Part shown: positions 62,131-64,000 of the stretch, in pieces
Layout of the letters: each line of letters opens with the position of its first letter
Numbering within the stretch: the first letter of the stretch is position 1
NCBI RefSeq assembly: GCF_009834535.1
Contig: NC_045696.1
Span: 117,120,001-117,184,000, forward strand
Length of the DNA: 64,000 bases
Origin: Camelus ferus
Taxonomy: Eukaryota
Reading direction: 5' to 3'
Program-made: the position numbers and the translations under genes
Notes under the pieces: generated by a model
The model's database searches: none
Told to the model about the DNA's origin: nothing
Seen by the model: the letters and a program-made list of their open reading frames with translations, nothing else

Positions 62131-62830
62131 TGTATTAGTCAGGGTTTGACAGAGAAATAGAACCAATGGTATATGTGTATGTATGTGTGTGTTTGTGTGT
62201 GGGTGTACATCTACATATATATAAAGAGATTTATTTTAGGGAATTGGCTTATGTGATTATGGAGGCTGGCAAATCCAAAATCTGCAGGGTGGGCTGGCAG
62301 GCTGGAGACCCCAGGCTGCAGGTCAAGCCCACAGGCCATCTGCTGCACAATTCCCTCTAGCTCAGGGAGCTTTTGGTCTAGTCAGTCTTCAACTGATTAA
62401 ATGAGGCCCACCCATGTTATAGAGAGGAATATGCTTTACTCAAAGTCTATTGATTTAAATACTAATTTCATTCAAAACACCTTCACAGAAACACCCAGAA
62501 TGATATTTGACCACAGATCTGAGCACTGTGGCTCAACCAGGTTGACACATTGAAGATGGCCATCCCAAATCCACCCTGCCATGAACTTGGCACCCATACA
62601 TATATCCATAAACTGTACTTAATCTCCAAATAAAGACAATAACAAGGTCATACTTCCACCTAACATGATATAACTATCCTGTGTGCACATGAAAATGTAC
62701 TAACCTTTCCTCAGAAGAGGATGCGAAGTCCTTGGATGATGTTTACTTCCATCCTTGATATCCCCAAATTTAAATATTATGATGTCAAGTTAACAACACT
62801 TAAATACTTTAAGTTCAATGTATCTTAAAT
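62131..62830 (-). mobile_element. ERVL 3' LTR (MLT2) with adjoining internal sequence and PPT
   Basis: tgtattagtcagggt...gagatttattttagggaattggct...gttgacacat (LTR to ~62567), then tccaccct (reverse PPT) and aaataaagacaataacaaggtcata. Confidence 0.82.
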
Positions 62831-63399
62831 TACTGTGGGAAAAGGAAAAGAAAGAGAAGTAAATAAAGATATTATGTATAGAAAAATATTTTATTATATA
62901 TTACATATAATTATATGTTATATTGTAACATTAGGAGTAAATGAAATACAATACATGTAGCATCTAGAATTTTCTAGCACATGGATGTTGTTACTAACAG
63001 CTGCTTCTCCATACTGCACCCTAATTTAGGGTGAATATCTGGCTCATGGTGTCACACAGCCATGATAAGAATTAGCCTCTGTACAAGTGTGAGTGTAGGA
63101 ATTTGTATGTGGTGTATGCTTACACATTCTGGTAAATAATAGATTATGTGTGCACTAATTAGGTGCCTCTTTCTTTTTATATAAAATACCATTCTACTGA
63201 GTTGGTTGCATTTTAGACCATGTAAGCACAATTGTGGAATTCTTGGCAGAGGAAATCAGAGCTTTTATGTTTTTAAGAATCTGAAACTAATTTCTTAAAA
63301 TTCTGCATGCAGGTAATGAAATAGACCCAAAAAGACTGCATGAGAATTAGGCAGCCATATGTCTATCTAGTTTATTTGCCCTAAAATGATGATAATGAA

Positions 63400-63402
<3 letters not shown>

Positions 63403-63441
<39 letters not shown>
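63403..63441. repeat. (TG)n microsatellite
   Basis: direct. Confidence 0.95.
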
Positions 63442-63444
<3 letters not shown>

Positions 63445-63445
63445 A

Positions 63446-63775
63446 TCAGTCCTCTGTATCCATGAGTTCTGCATCTACAGATGGAAAATATTCAGAAAAG
63501 AAAATTCCAGAAAATTCCAAAAAGCAAAACTTAAATTTTCCACATGCTGATAACTACTTATATAGTATTTACATTGAATTAACAACTATTTACCTAACAT
63601 TTACATTGTATTAGGTATTATAAATTATCCAGAGATGGTTTAAAGTATATAGCAGGGTATGTGTAGGTTATATGCAAATTCTATACCATTTTATGTAAGG
63701 GACTTGAGCATCCAAGGATTTTGGCATGGGTAGGGGCTGCCTGAACCAATCCCCTGTGGATACAGAGGGATGATG

Positions 63776-63776
<1 letters not shown>
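63446..63776. mobile_element. MER2 (Tigger) MITE followed by (TA)n
   Basis: cctctgtatccatg...gttatatgcaaattctataccattttatgtaagggacttgagcatcc...gtggatacagaggg; inverted ends. Confidence 0.9.
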
Positions 63777-63810
<34 letters not shown>

Positions 63811-64000
63811 TGATACTTGAACCTTTATGTAATTCTTCCAAATGTTCAATCTAACTATAGATCCACAATTTAATTGAAATCCCTGCTAACATTATATATG
63901 TTACATCCTCTTCTATTTTAGCTAAACTGGAAAAAAATAATGGACTTGAGCATTTAATAATTCAGATATAAGATAAAGAACTCTGCCTGCACATATCTAG

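Noticed and set aside
1..64000. ORF-track entries as genes; prokaryotic-type systems (CRISPR, operons)
   Set aside because: The ORFs are short, many have non-ATG starts, and they overlap repeats or microsatellites. Only L1 ORF2 and Charlie1 remnants are recognisable. There is no regularly spaced repeat array.

Overview
This window is mammalian nuclear DNA, AT-rich and CpG-depleted, and looks intronic or intergenic. It is most likely from a camelid: there is a tRNA-Ala-derived Vic-1-type SINE and a young L1 3'UTR family, and I see no Alu, Bov-B/Bov-tA or PRE1. I cannot support any intact protein-coding gene. The ORF-track entries with recognisable protein content are L1 ORF2 remnants and a Charlie1 hAT transposase remnant. 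Much of the window is interspersed repeats: L1, L2, MIR, MaLR/ERVL/ERV1/Gypsy-like LTRs, and hAT and Tigger DNA transposons. Several repeat-poor blocks (4.4-12.6 kb, 51.4, 52.8-53.3, 57.1-57.7 and 59.3-59.7 kb) are dense in transcription-factor motifs and resemble conserved developmental or neural enhancers. The most notable observations are: a 33-nt + strand microexon candidate with neural SRRM4-type signals; a strong CAG|GTAAGT recursive-splice-site candidate on the - strand; a 440-bp element with two inverted LTR U5 ends and a 4-bp TSD; a ~170-bp inverted duplication or conversion tract at ~90% identity; and three L1 insertions with twin-priming inversions. I found no convincing novel multi-gene system and could not identify the locus. 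Repeat family names come from recognition by eye, not a database search. Boundaries of old repeats are approximate (+/-20-50 bp).
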